Shown here: in pieces, positions 31,675 to 40,666 of the stretch
Position numbering within the stretch: position 1 is the stretch's first letter
Layout of the letters: every line of letters starts with the position of its first letter
Assembly: GCA_001823095.1 (NCBI GenBank)
Contig: MHTL01000012.1
Coordinates: 1,035 to 65,034, forward strand
Length of the DNA: 64,000 nucleotides
Origin: Candidatus Vogelbacteria bacterium RIFOXYD1_FULL_51_18
GTDB lineage: Bacteria > Patescibacteriota > Minisyncoccia > Phycocordibacterales > UBA9988
Direction of reading: 5' to 3'
Position numbers and translations under genes: made by a program
The notes under the pieces: model-generated
The model's input: only the letters and a program-made list of their open reading frames with translations
The model's database searches: none
What the model was told of the DNA's origin: nothing

Positions 31675-32295
31675 TTATTGCAGTTCCATTCTGCCAGAAG
31701 ACCATACTGCTAAGATTTTTTGTCTGCCACCTTGTGCTGTGAAAGTAATTTTAACATATTCTTCATCTGGTGGATTATCAGATTGATCACCCGATCTAAT
31801 CATCGCTTCTATATGAGGACTCTGAAATGTAATATTTACTTGCGCTAGGTATGTGTCTGTACCTGAATGGCAACTCTCACCTGATATTATTTTTTTTCGG
31901 CAGATTTTTGTTATCCTCACCCTTGATGGAAGATCTTTAGTAGGTTCAATATTTTCTAAACCGCCAGTATACACACCGTCTTGAGAATCAGGGTTATTTG
32001 CGATATCTCTAAAAAGAGTGTAGTTATTTGCCAGTTTACTAATATTTATTCCCACCACAGGAACCGAAGTCATGGTAATAATATCATTTTCAGTGATTCC
32101 CTGACTGCGGCCGGAAATTCCAGAGACTTGCATTTCTTTGAGCCCGGCAAGGACTTGTTGGGCGGTCAATTCTAGCTCTTTTTGTGAGCGGAAATCAGGG
32201 AGGCTTGAGACAACTATACTGGTGATGATAATAATAATCACTGTCACTACCAACATTTCAATCAATGTAAACCCTTTTTGCTTAGTAGAGTGCAT
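31675..32295 (-). CDS. Minor pilin (FimT/FimU-like)
   Basis: KG|FTLIEMLVV. Confidence 0.82.
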   Translation of the reverse strand: MHSTKQKGFTLIEMLVVTVIIIIITSIVVSSLPDFRSQKELELTAQQVLAGLKEMQVSGISGRSQGITENDIITMTSVPVVGINISKLANNYTLFRDIANNPDSQDGVYTGGLENIEPTKDLPSRVRITKICRKKIISGESCHSGTDTYLAQVNITFQSPHIEAMIRSGDQSDNPPDEEYVKITFTAQGGRQKILAVWSSGRMELQ

Positions 32296-33064
32296 TGGAG
32301 AATGAGAAGAATGAGAGTACCGCCGCCATGTCTATGTGGCCAAAGGCCGCCAAGGCGGCTCCGAGGATGAGAAATGGCGCAAAGGGTACCTCGGTCTTTA
32401 TTGTAGCATAGCGTCCGCGGAAAAGGAGGAGGGCAACGCCAAAGGCCGCCCCAATCCAAAAGGCCAAGAGGAGCGCGGCAAAGCCCTGGCTGGGGCCCAA
32501 GAGGAGCCCGAGACCGAGCGCAAGCTTAGCGTCCCCCAATCCCATCCATTTGCCGGCCGAGAAGTGCCACAGCGCCGCAAAAAAGAGCGCCATAGAAAGC
32601 GCCACCCCCACCCTCCATCCAATTGACTGAAGTCTGACTTCAGTCAACAGCACGGAAAGGGCGCTCAATCCGATAAGTATATACACCATCCCGTCGGGGA
32701 TGATTTTGTGGCGGATATCGTAGGCAGTGATGGCCATGAGGATGCTCCATACGGCAAGGTGGTAAAGGGCGCTCCATAATGGCCACGATTGCCAAGCAAT
32801 AAGCGCAAAGAGGGCTCCTATCCCCAGTTCTACCAGTGGATACTGTGTGGATATCCTGCTCCCGCAGCCGCGGCACCTGCCTCCCTGCAGAAGGTAGCTC
32901 AACACCGGTATGAGCTCGTACCAAGCAAGCTTTTTGCCGCAGGAAAAACACCCCGAGCGCCCCGCCAAGGACCTCCCCGTGTTGTAGCGGAGCACCAGCA
33001 CATTAAGGAAGCTCCCTACGACAGTGCCAAAAATAAAAAAAATCACAAGCGATAAGTTTTCCAC
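32282..33064 (-). CDS. pilD: Prepilin peptidase
   Basis: GSFLNV, CFSC/CRGC zinc motifs, YDIRHKIIPD, MGLGDAKL, PFAPFL. Confidence 0.94.
   Translation of the reverse strand: MENLSLVIFFIFGTVVGSFLNVLVLRYNTGRSLAGRSGCFSCGKKLAWYELIPVLSYLLQGGRCRGCGSRISTQYPLVELGIGALFALIAWQSWPLWSALYHLAVWSILMAITAYDIRHKIIPDGMVYILIGLSALSVLLTEVRLQSIGWRVGVALSMALFFAALWHFSAGKWMGLGDAKLALGLGLLLGPSQGFAALLLAFWIGAAFGVALLLFRGRYATIKTEVPFAPFLILGAALAAFGHIDMAAVLSFFSFSNALY
32624..32646. repeat. 23-bp REP-like palindrome, copy 2 (in-frame inside pilD)
   Basis: TGACTGAAGTCTGACTTCAGTCA, read as LTEVRLQS. Confidence 0.92.
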
Positions 33065-33094
33065 AGTACCATTGTACTCCTCTCCTGCTATAAT

Positions 33095-33117
33095 TGACTG
33101 AAGTCAGACTTCAGTCA
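33095..33117. repeat. 23-bp REP-like palindrome, copy 3 (directly after the RAYT -10 box)
   Basis: AATTGACTGAAGTC-A-GACTTCAGTCAATT, 14-bp perfect arms; preceded by TGCTATAAT. Confidence 0.92.
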
Positions 33118-33123
33118 ATTTCA

Positions 33124-33771
33124 ATGGACACCATCTACCACATCTACAATAGAGGTGTTGAGAAGAGGACAATCTTTCTTGATGACCGAGATAGAATCAG
33201 ATTTATTAATTCCTTAGCTATCTTTAACTCGAGCGATCTCGACCCAAACGTAAGCCGCACAATGCGGAATACTCTAATGACTGGAGTCAGACTTCAGTCA
33301 GATGACCAGCTTGTGGAGATTATGGCGTTTTGTCTGATGCCGAATCACTTTCACCTCATGATGCGGGCACGAACAGAACGGGGTATCTCAAAATTTATGC
33401 AAAAACTGGGAACCGGGTATGCTAATTATTTCAATCTCCGCCGCCAGCGTGTAGGGTCCTTATTCCAAAATAAATATAAATCCGTCCCTATCATGGATGA
33501 CGCTCATTTTTTGTGGCTCCCCCACTACATACACTGCAATCCGGCTAAGAAGAATGACTGGAGTCCGACTTCAGTCAAAGGGTACCGATGGTCAAGTTAT
33601 GGAGAATATGCAGAGGATGCCGGGAATAAGAGATATCCGGAAATTATAGATACCACCTTCCTCTCCGAAATTTTTGAGACGCCAGAAAATTTTAGGAAAC
33701 AAACTCAAGAATGGCTAAAATCCTATTCGGAATCGGAAGCAGACGGCACCAACGCGCTCATCATAGATTGA
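33124..33771 (+). CDS. REP-associated tyrosine transposase (RAYT/TnpA-REP, Y1 HUH)
   Basis: YHIYNRGVEKRTIF, FCLMPNHFHL (HUH), YFNLRRQRVGSLFQ, YIHCNP (catalytic Tyr), YRWSSY; flanked by palindromes; start could be TTG 33094. Confidence 0.92.
   Translation: MDTIYHIYNRGVEKRTIFLDDRDRIRFINSLAIFNSSDLDPNVSRTMRNTLMTGVRLQSDDQLVEIMAFCLMPNHFHLMMRARTERGISKFMQKLGTGYANYFNLRRQRVGSLFQNKYKSVPIMDDAHFLWLPHYIHCNPAKKNDWSPTSVKGYRWSSYGEYAEDAGNKRYPEIIDTTFLSEIFETPENFRKQTQEWLKSYSESEADGTNALIID
33278..33300. repeat. REP-like copy 4 (inside RAYT, MTGVRLQS)
   Basis: TGACTGGAGTCAGACTTCAGTCA. Confidence 0.92.
33555..33577. repeat. REP-like copy 5 (inside RAYT, DWSPTSV)
   Basis: TGACTGGAGTCCGACTTCAGTCA. Confidence 0.92.
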
Positions 33772-33791
33772 CTGGAGTCCGACTTCAGTCA
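33769..33791. repeat. REP-like copy 6 (holds the stop codons of both RAYT and HEPN-1)
   Basis: TGACTGGAGTCCGACTTCAGTCA. Confidence 0.92.
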
Positions 33792-34210
33792 ATGTTGATT
33801 ACGGTTGCACTTACCAGTTTAAGATACTGAAGGTAATCACCGATGTTGTTTTTTATATCATCCACCATTCTCTTCATATCTACGTTGCCGTATTTGTGAA
33901 CGATCAAATTTCTCAACCCAACAGAGGGAGCGATTTCGAGCGCAAATTCCATAGGTAAAATTTTATTCTCGCCCAAGACAATGAAAGTGCTCTGATAATC
34001 GGCGGGAACAGCTAGATGAGATTGGCTGATAATGTGAGTGTTCAAATCAATTGCCGAATCAACGATTAATTGGAACAATCTTTCAACGGTGTGAAGGACT
34101 AAAGATTCGTCAATAATTTCGCGGCTCTCTTTTTTCAACAACGGCAACAATTCATCTAGATAATTTCTGATGTCATTGATTTTATTGGTAGTAAGAGTTT
34201 GATCAAGCAT
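33785..34210 (-). CDS. HEPN (DUF86/HepT-like) RNase toxin 1
   Basis: VERLFQLIVDSAIDL; GLRNLIVHKY (Rx4HxY); start ATG 34210 overlaps the MNT stop. Confidence 0.9.
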   Translation of the reverse strand: MLDQTLTTNKINDIRNYLDELLPLLKKESREIIDESLVLHTVERLFQLIVDSAIDLNTHIISQSHLAVPADYQSTFIVLGENKILPMEFALEIAPSVGLRNLIVHKYGNVDMKRMVDDIKNNIGDYLQYLKLVSATVINID

Positions 34211-34610
34211 GACGCTTAATAAATGATTGAATGGAAGCGCCTTGCAGCTTATAGAGCGGCCGGGCTTCCATATATAATTTAATACTATACACTTTAAAAC
34301 GGTTGAACAGGTCGACTTCTTGTTCATAGAGCAATACACCTTCCTCCGCTACCTTCTTCAAGAGGAGTGGTGGAGCATTTTTAAGGTCAACCAGTTCAAT
34401 ATTGCCGTAACCGGTTTTAGTCATCAACTCCTCCTGGAGTTCTGCGATCTCCCGCAGACCAAGCCGGCGTTCAGCAATAAAACCAATATCAATATCGCTC
34501 TGCGCATGGGTCTTGCCCGTTGCCTGGGAGCCAAAGAGTACGCCAAGAACTAAACCACGTTCAGAAGCTAATTCAGCAAACTCCTGGCTTAAAAGCGGCA
34601 CGGATATCAT
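34203..34610 (-). CDS. MNT (MntA-like) nucleotidyltransferase antitoxin 1
   Basis: LFGSQATGKTHAQSDIDIG (GSx10DxD), IELVDL. Confidence 0.9.
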   Translation of the reverse strand: MISVPLLSQEFAELASERGLVLGVLFGSQATGKTHAQSDIDIGFIAERRLGLREIAELQEELMTKTGYGNIELVDLKNAPPLLLKKVAEEGVLLYEQEVDLFNRFKVYSIKLYMEARPLYKLQGASIQSFIKRHA

Positions 34611-34616
34611 TTTTTA

Positions 34617-34678
34617 ATCATATCACAAAACACCCTTAAACCCAACCAAACCCGATGACTGGAGTCTGACTCCAGTCA
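34617..34678 (-). promoter_or_regulatory. Cassette leader A: REP copy 7 (34656-34678) plus extended -10 promoter
   Basis: Minus strand reads REP-TCGGGTTTGGTTGGGTTTAAGGGTGTTTTGTGATATGAT; near-identical to 35549-35612. Confidence 0.75.
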
Positions 34679-34679
34679 G

Positions 34680-35135
34680 CTATTCAACAGATAAGCCAAA
34701 CCGGCCAGGATCCTTAACCACTGATTTGAACGTCTGGACAAAGAAATCCAGATCGGGCACGTGAGCACGGATTACATCGTACATTTCTTGAGCAGTCACT
34801 TCCCAATACAGGTGCACCAGCCGGTTGCGGTAACCCGCTAATTTTTTATTACGTTCGGCGAAGTCAACGGTGATGATGCCATGCTCGCCCAGCAACATAA
34901 TTATCTCCTGATAATCTCGAGCTTTGCCGTTTAACCGGGAGGCGATATGAGTCCCAATGGTCAAAATCCCCTCAAGGGTACGGCGCAGGTAGTGCTCGGC
35001 TAACGCATACGTTTTTTTATCGGCAATAAATTGCTCTCGGCTCATGTCTGTCACTGCACGCAACTCTGCAATCCCCGCTTCAATATCAGCGATCAAATCA
35101 ACGACTTTGGCCTTGTTTAGCGGCTGTGTGCCCAT
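34680..35135 (-). CDS. HEPN (DUF86/HepT-like) RNase toxin 2
   Basis: AEHYLRRTLEGIL; AGYRNRLVHLY. Confidence 0.9.
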   Translation of the reverse strand: MGTQPLNKAKVVDLIADIEAGIAELRAVTDMSREQFIADKKTYALAEHYLRRTLEGILTIGTHIASRLNGKARDYQEIIMLLGEHGIITVDFAERNKKLAGYRNRLVHLYWEVTAQEMYDVIRAHVPDLDFFVQTFKSVVKDPGRFGLSVE

Positions 35136-35141
35136 ATACAG

Positions 35142-35540
35142 TTAGGATGATTGCCCAAGAACGGAAGCATGGAAAATATTTTCGTAATGCTTGAAGTCAA
35201 AGTAACGTAACATCACTTCAGCGCGATACTCTGCAAACCCTCCCGTCACCGCCTCATACAGCGGCCAGCCTTGAGTCACTGCGCGGAAGCGTAGCCCCGG
35301 GGCAGTTTCATCAAGGTAGACCAGATCAATCTTCTGGTCTGGAAAATGTTTTTGCATTTCAGCTAACAGTTCGCCGTAGACACCTACCGGATCCTGCCTC
35401 TGTAGACTAAGGTCGGCAAAAACCACGCCGATATCAAGATCGCTTAAGGGATGGGCGGAATCAGTTGCGGCTGACCCAAACAAGATCACCAGCCTCACTC
35501 TCAGCCTCTTGAGCGTTGAGGTATGCAATTGGATTGCCAT
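35142..35540 (-). CDS. MNT nucleotidyltransferase antitoxin 2
   Basis: LFGSAATDSAHPLSDLDIG, IDLVYL. Confidence 0.9.
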   Translation of the reverse strand: MAIQLHTSTLKRLRVRLVILFGSAATDSAHPLSDLDIGVVFADLSLQRQDPVGVYGELLAEMQKHFPDQKIDLVYLDETAPGLRFRAVTQGWPLYEAVTGGFAEYRAEVMLRYFDFKHYENIFHASVLGQSS

Positions 35541-35548
35541 ACTCCCGC

Positions 35549-35612
35549 ATCATACCACAAAAACACCCTCAAACCTCAACCAAACCCGATGACTGGAGTC
35601 AGACTTCAGTCA
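35549..35612 (-). promoter_or_regulatory. Cassette leader B: REP copy 8 (35590-35612) plus extended -10 promoter
   Basis: Minus strand reads REP-TCGGGTTTGGTTGAGGTTTGAGGGTGTTTTTGTGGTATGAT. Confidence 0.75.
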
Positions 35613-35703
35613 ATGTTCCACTCCTCTATCGTATCACAACCCCCCGCCATGTGGCGGGGGGTTGATCACAATCGTCAAAATAAGATCCTGCTGAAAGGCT
35701 TTA

Positions 35704-36207
35704 CTAAGCGTTATCGCAGACTACATCCGTACTACTGACACCTGTCACAATTTCTGTGGCCGCTGCAGCAGTACTCACACCAGCATAGCCAGTACTATCA
35801 ACACAGTAAGTAGTACCATCGTTGAGGACAACTGCTGCTCCCCATTTTGTTGGTGCAACGCCAACAGCGGTATCTTGACCACACTGAACAACGTTCGCCG
35901 CAGGTACTTGTGTTTGAACAGCTGTCTTTAAGGTCAACAAGCTACCAGAGACGGACGCTGCTGCAGCACACAAATTTACAGCATACGTACCAGAATCAGT
36001 AACACCAAGCTCTGCTTGTGCCCTCATAGATGACATCGAGGCTTTAGCTGACGCGTCCTTTCCCTTGTTTCTTGCTGAGCCTAAACTCGTCAAAACAATT
36101 CCTGAAAGAATACCGATGATGGCGATGACGACGAGGAGTTCAATGAGGGTGAAGCCCTTCGATCCGCCACAGCGGACCCTGGATAAACCTTTCTTATAAT
36201 TCTTCAT
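35704..36207 (-). CDS. Type IV pilin, probably the major pilin
   Basis: KG|FTLIELLVVIAIIGILS, YCVDSTG; has its own promoter and a downstream hairpin (35641-35660). Confidence 0.88.
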   Translation of the reverse strand: MKNYKKGLSRVRCGGSKGFTLIELLVVIAIIGILSGIVLTSLGSARNKGKDASAKASMSSMRAQAELGVTDSGTYAVNLCAAAASVSGSLLTLKTAVQTQVPAANVVQCGQDTAVGVAPTKWGAAVVLNDGTTYCVDSTGYAGVSTAAAATEIVTGVSSTDVVCDNA

Positions 36208-36324
36208 ACATTCTTTTTATATTCTAATAATTAAAGCTTTGATACGGAAATCATCCGACCGTTGGCTACCCTAGATTATATGCTTGCTTTCTATGGCCTA
36301 CAAATGCTTATGTGGATAAACGAC

Positions 36325-37533
36325 CTATGAAATAGATCCGGCAATATTATAAATGGGCAGGAGGACTGCGGTGAGTAAGATGCCTACCCCGGCGCCGAGG
36401 ACGATAATCATTGCCGGCTCAATGAGGCCTACCAGCGTATCCACCTCATTCTCCACTTCCCGCTCGTAGAACTTCGCCATAGTGGAGAGCACGTAGCCGA
36501 ACTTGCCCGACTCCTCCCCCACCTTCATCATCTGCACAATAATCCCGGGTATCTCGGGGTAGACGGCAAGCGCTTGCGAGACGGGCATGCCCGCCTTCAC
36601 CTTAAGGCTCGCCTCTTTCAGAATGTTCTTATAGACCTCGCTGTCCACCACCTCGGCGGTAATCTCTAGCGCGCGGAGCATGGAGATGCCGCTCTCCACC
36701 ATCGTGGAAAGATTGTCCGAGATGCGCGAGAGGTAGAGCTTGCGGTAGAGGAGACCGAGGTAAGGCACCTGCAGTTTAAGCTCCGAGAGCGCCTGCTTGC
36801 CCACCGCCGAGATACCGTAGCGCCAGAGGAGCACTCCTCCTGCCGCAAGCACAAGGAGGAGGAAGATGCCATAATGGACGAGAAAGTCGCTTGTCCCGAT
36901 GATTAGCTTGGTATACCAGGGGATGGCCTGCTGTGTCTCTTCAATAATATCGGCAAGCTTGGGGATAACCAGCGTCATCATGAGCACCATCACTCCGATG
37001 AAAGAGGCAATCACAAATGCCGGATAGACCAAGGCATTCCTGGCCTTGCTCACCACCGCGTGCTGGCGCTCCAGGTAATTGGCGAGGTAGGTAAAGGCCT
37101 CCGAGAGTCGCCCCGTCTCCTCACCCGAGCGCACCATGGAGACATAGAACTCGGAGAAAATATCTGGATGCTTGGCGAGCGCCTGCGAGATTTGCGCGCC
37201 GCTCTTGATGTCATCAGTAATGTCTACAAGCTTTTTCTTGAGCAATCTGCTCCCCGCCTCGCTTGCCAGCAGTTGGAATGCCGAGAGCACGGGGACTTTT
37301 GCTTCAAAGAGCGTAGAAATCTGCCGCGAGAGGATGACGATGTCGCGCGTCTTGACGCGCTCAAAGATTTTGAGAATGTCTTCCGACCAGCTCGGCTTCT
37401 CGTCGGGCACAATGGAGAGCACGATAAAGTTGCGCTTCTGGAGCGAGCTGATGGCGGAATCAATGTTTGCGGTATCAATGGTGCCCTTTTGGTCGCCGCC
37501 GTCTTTCGTTGTAACGTGGTACCTAAAAATCAT
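36325..37533 (-). CDS. pilC: Type IV pilus platform protein PilC
   Basis: MVRSGEETGRL, ALVYPAFV, VGEESG, LIEPAMII. Confidence 0.94.
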   Translation of the reverse strand: MIFRYHVTTKDGGDQKGTIDTANIDSAISSLQKRNFIVLSIVPDEKPSWSEDILKIFERVKTRDIVILSRQISTLFEAKVPVLSAFQLLASEAGSRLLKKKLVDITDDIKSGAQISQALAKHPDIFSEFYVSMVRSGEETGRLSEAFTYLANYLERQHAVVSKARNALVYPAFVIASFIGVMVLMMTLVIPKLADIIEETQQAIPWYTKLIIGTSDFLVHYGIFLLLVLAAGGVLLWRYGISAVGKQALSELKLQVPYLGLLYRKLYLSRISDNLSTMVESGISMLRALEITAEVVDSEVYKNILKEASLKVKAGMPVSQALAVYPEIPGIIVQMMKVGEESGKFGYVLSTMAKFYEREVENEVDTLVGLIEPAMIIVLGAGVGILLTAVLLPIYNIAGSIS

Positions 37534-37585
37534 GAGAAGAAAGTATCAAGTAACAAGTGCCGAGGACCAAGTGATAGAAAGTACA

Positions 37586-38650
37586 TCATAAGAGTCGCTC
37601 AAGCACATCGGGGTTAGTGGAAAAGCGGTACGCGTTCTCCTGTGTAATTTCTCCACGACGGAACAGGTCGGCAAGCGAGTGGTTGAGGTCAATCATGCCG
37701 AGCTCCATGCTCGTCTCCAAAATCACATCAATCTCCGCCGTGCGCCCCTCGCGGATAAGGTTGGCAACCGCCTTGTTGTTGAGGAGGAGCTCGTAGGCCG
37801 GGATGAGCCCGCCTGACACGCGCGGCACGAGCCGCTGGGAAAAGACGCCCAAGAGGTTGGCGGCGAGCTGGACGCGAATTTGCTTCTGCTGGACGGCGGG
37901 GAAGGAGTCCAATACGCGGTCAATGGTCTGCGAGGCGGTATTGGTGTGGAGCGTGCTGAAGATGAGGTGCCCCGTCTCCGCCGCAGTTACCGCGGCAGAC
38001 ATGGTCTCGGGGTCGCGCATCTCGCCGATGAGCGCCACATTAATGTCCTCGCGGAACATAGATTGGAGCGCGGTGTGGAAGTCGTGCGTGTCAAAATGTA
38101 TCTCGCGCTGGTCAATGATGCTACGCTGTGCTTCATAAATGTATTCAACAGGGTCCTCGATGGTGATGATGTGCTCGGCGCGCTCGCGGCTGATGTGGTC
38201 AATCAATGAGGCAAGTGTTGTTGATTTGCCGTGCCCCGTCGGTCCCACCACCAAAAAAAAGCCCTGCTTCTTATTCGCAAACTCCAAGAGCGCCTCCGGG
38301 AGATTGAGCTCTGTAAGTGTAGGTATGTTCTGCGGGATGACGCGCATAGCAATGCCCACTACTCCTTTTTGAAAAAAGGCGTTGCCGCGGAAGCGGATTC
38401 CCGCGCCGGGACTGTAGGAAAAATCAATCTCCTTCCGCGCGAGGAAGCGCTTCTGGCTCTCGTCAGAGAGGAGCTCTATCACAAAGCCCATCGTCGCCTC
38501 CGGGGCGAGCTTCTCATACTTGGTGAGCGGGACGAGCTCGCTGGAGACGCGTATCGTCGGGCAGTGGCCGACAGAAAAGTGGAGGTCTGACGCCCCCTCC
38601 TTGCTTACTGTTGATATGAGCTCCTCAAGTTCGCGCTTATAATCAGCCAT
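37586..38650 (-). CDS. pilT: Pilus retraction ATPase PilT
   Basis: ASDLHF, GPTGHGKSTT, TIEDPVE, GEMRD, AETGHLIFSTLHT, AVANLIRE. Confidence 0.94.
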   Translation of the reverse strand: MADYKRELEELISTVSKEGASDLHFSVGHCPTIRVSSELVPLTKYEKLAPEATMGFVIELLSDESQKRFLARKEIDFSYSPGAGIRFRGNAFFQKGVVGIAMRVIPQNIPTLTELNLPEALLEFANKKQGFFLVVGPTGHGKSTTLASLIDHISRERAEHIITIEDPVEYIYEAQRSIIDQREIHFDTHDFHTALQSMFREDINVALIGEMRDPETMSAAVTAAETGHLIFSTLHTNTASQTIDRVLDSFPAVQQKQIRVQLAANLLGVFSQRLVPRVSGGLIPAYELLLNNKAVANLIREGRTAEIDVILETSMELGMIDLNHSLADLFRRGEITQENAYRFSTNPDVLERLL

Positions 38651-39047
38651 GGCGAGCTTGCTTTGTTTTGGTAATATCAAGCACTTTAGAGACCACCTCC
38701 GAGGGCGTTGCGCTTGCCTTCACGATGTAACCGTCAGCGCCCAGCGAGAGCCCGCGGTCAACGTCTTCCTGCTGACCGAGATTGGAAAGGATGATGCATG
38801 CGGTGCGCTCATTGCATACCTTTTTCTCTTTAATCTCCTGCAAGAACTGGAAGCCATCCATACCCGGCATAATGATGTCAATAAGGCAGATATCCGGTTC
38901 GAGTCCCTCCTTGAGCTTCCCGAGCGCTTCCGTAGCAGACGGAACCGCAGTGACCTCAAAACCGGCTTCCGTAAACTTGGTTGAGTACATATCCAAAAGG
39001 AACTTGTCATCGTCAACGAGGAGAATTTTTTGTTTTGCGTCGCTCAT
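38643..39047 (-). CDS. Single-domain response regulator (CheY-like)
   Basis: ILLVDDD, LIDIIMPGMDG, ILSNL, YIVK. Confidence 0.92.
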   Translation of the reverse strand: MSDAKQKILLVDDDKFLLDMYSTKFTEAGFEVTAVPSATEALGKLKEGLEPDICLIDIIMPGMDGFQFLQEIKEKKVCNERTACIILSNLGQQEDVDRGLSLGADGYIVKASATPSEVVSKVLDITKTKQARHG

Positions 39048-39085
39048 ACTTGGTACTTAATACTTGTAACTTGATACTTATTTTA

Positions 39086-40654
39086 TCATAGTTTATTAAC
39101 CTCTTCAAAGGGAATCATACCCTGAAAGGCCTTGAGCATTGCGTCTTCCTTCATGGTAATCATCCCCTTCTTGCGTACGGCCCTATAAATCTCCACATCA
39201 GAGGGGTTGGTGAGGATGATTTTTTCAATATCAGCATCCATGGTAAAGAGCTCAAATACCGCCATGCGCCCTTTGGTGCCCGAGGGACAGGAGGGCGACT
39301 GTTTGGCGCGGTAGACAAACTGCGGCACTGCAAACTTTTCGCGCACGTCCGGCGGGAGGTCGGCAACATCCTTCTCCACCATCATCTTGATGCCGCCCTC
39401 GGTAGGGATTGGCTCCTTATCCTCTGGGCAGAGTTTGGCCACCAGACGCTGGGCAATGGCGCAGATGAGCGTCGGACCAATCAAATAGGGGTCAACGCCC
39501 ATATCTATGAGACGCGGGACAACGCCCACCGTATTATTGGTATGGAGCGTGCTGAACACCAGATGGCCCGTGAGCGCCGCCTGTATGGCAAGCCGAGCTG
39601 TTTCCTTGTCGCGGATTTCCCCCACCATAATGATGTCGGGGTCCTGGCGCAGGATGCTCCGCAGGCCATTTGCAAACGTATAATTGATCTCCGGGCGAAC
39701 CTGTGACTGATTGACCCCCGAGACGCTGTACTCAACCGGATCCTCAAGCGAGACCACGTTGCTTACCTCGCGGTCCAGTTCGTTGAGCATTGAGTAGAGC
39801 GTCGTGGTTTTGCCGCTCCCGGTCGGCCCGGTAATGAGTATCATGCCGTAGGGCCGGTCAATGGAATCACGGATAATCTTGAGACTCTTTTCCCCAAAAC
39901 CGATATTGTCTAGTTTGACGAGCCCTTTGTCCGGGTCGAGGATACGGAGCACCACCTTCTCTCCAAAGTAAATAGGGAAGGTGGATACGCGGAAGTCAAT
40001 CTTGCGCCCCTCAATGCGCGCGGAGAAACGTCCGTCCTGCGGCTTGCGCTTCTCATCAAGCTTCATATTGGTCAAAATTTTTATACGCGCTACCACGGCC
40101 TCCAAGACAGGAGTGGGGAGAATGAGGCTCGTATAGAGACTCCCGTCCACGCGGAAGCGCACTTTTACATTTTCCGAGGTCGGCTCAATGTGGATGTCCG
40201 AGGCGCCGCCCGAGGTGGCATGCTGGAGGATAACGGCTACAATCTTGGTTACCGGCGCATCCTCCACAAGTCCAACTTCGGGATTTTCTGTATTTTTCTT
40301 GATAATTTTTCCTTTCTCGGCCTTTGCGTCCTGTATCTCGGTATCCAGTTCGCCGAGCGCTTTGGTCACTTCGCTCTTGAGCCCTTGATAGCTCTTCAGC
40401 ACCATGTCAAAATCCGCTTGGCTGATGCCGAAGATGCGGTACGGCATGCGGCTTGCTGAAGTAATAAACTGGAGCGCGTCGCGCGCGGTGACATCATCAG
40501 GGTTCAACATGCCCACCTCAAGGGCGCCGTCCATAACGCCAAGCGGAACAAACTTGTAAAAAGAGGCCGAATCCTCGGGGATATGCTTTAAGACATCAAA
40601 GGAAACTTTCTTTCCCTCGAGGTTCTTGATGGGAATTGCGATATCTTCGTCCAT
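39086..40654 (-). CDS. pilB: Pilus assembly ATPase PilB
   Basis: ASDIHIEP, KPQDGR, GPTGSGKTTT, LRQDPD, GEIRD, TGHLVFSTLHTN. Confidence 0.94.
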   Translation of the reverse strand: MDEDIAIPIKNLEGKKVSFDVLKHIPEDSASFYKFVPLGVMDGALEVGMLNPDDVTARDALQFITSASRMPYRIFGISQADFDMVLKSYQGLKSEVTKALGELDTEIQDAKAEKGKIIKKNTENPEVGLVEDAPVTKIVAVILQHATSGGASDIHIEPTSENVKVRFRVDGSLYTSLILPTPVLEAVVARIKILTNMKLDEKRKPQDGRFSARIEGRKIDFRVSTFPIYFGEKVVLRILDPDKGLVKLDNIGFGEKSLKIIRDSIDRPYGMILITGPTGSGKTTTLYSMLNELDREVSNVVSLEDPVEYSVSGVNQSQVRPEINYTFANGLRSILRQDPDIIMVGEIRDKETARLAIQAALTGHLVFSTLHTNNTVGVVPRLIDMGVDPYLIGPTLICAIAQRLVAKLCPEDKEPIPTEGGIKMMVEKDVADLPPDVREKFAVPQFVYRAKQSPSCPSGTKGRMAVFELFTMDADIEKIILTNPSDVEIYRAVRKKGMITMKEDAMLKAFQGMIPFEEVNKL

Positions 40655-40666
40655 TGTCGTTTAAAA

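Noticed and set aside
33124-33771. IS200/IS605 insertion sequence
   Set aside because: No tnpB and no distinct left/right end hairpins; multiple near-identical palindromes and the YRWSSY motif fit RAYT better
33095-35612. 23-bp repeats as a CRISPR array
   Set aside because: Spacing is irregular (160-910 bp), the intervals encode genes, there are no cas genes, and the neighbour is a RAYT
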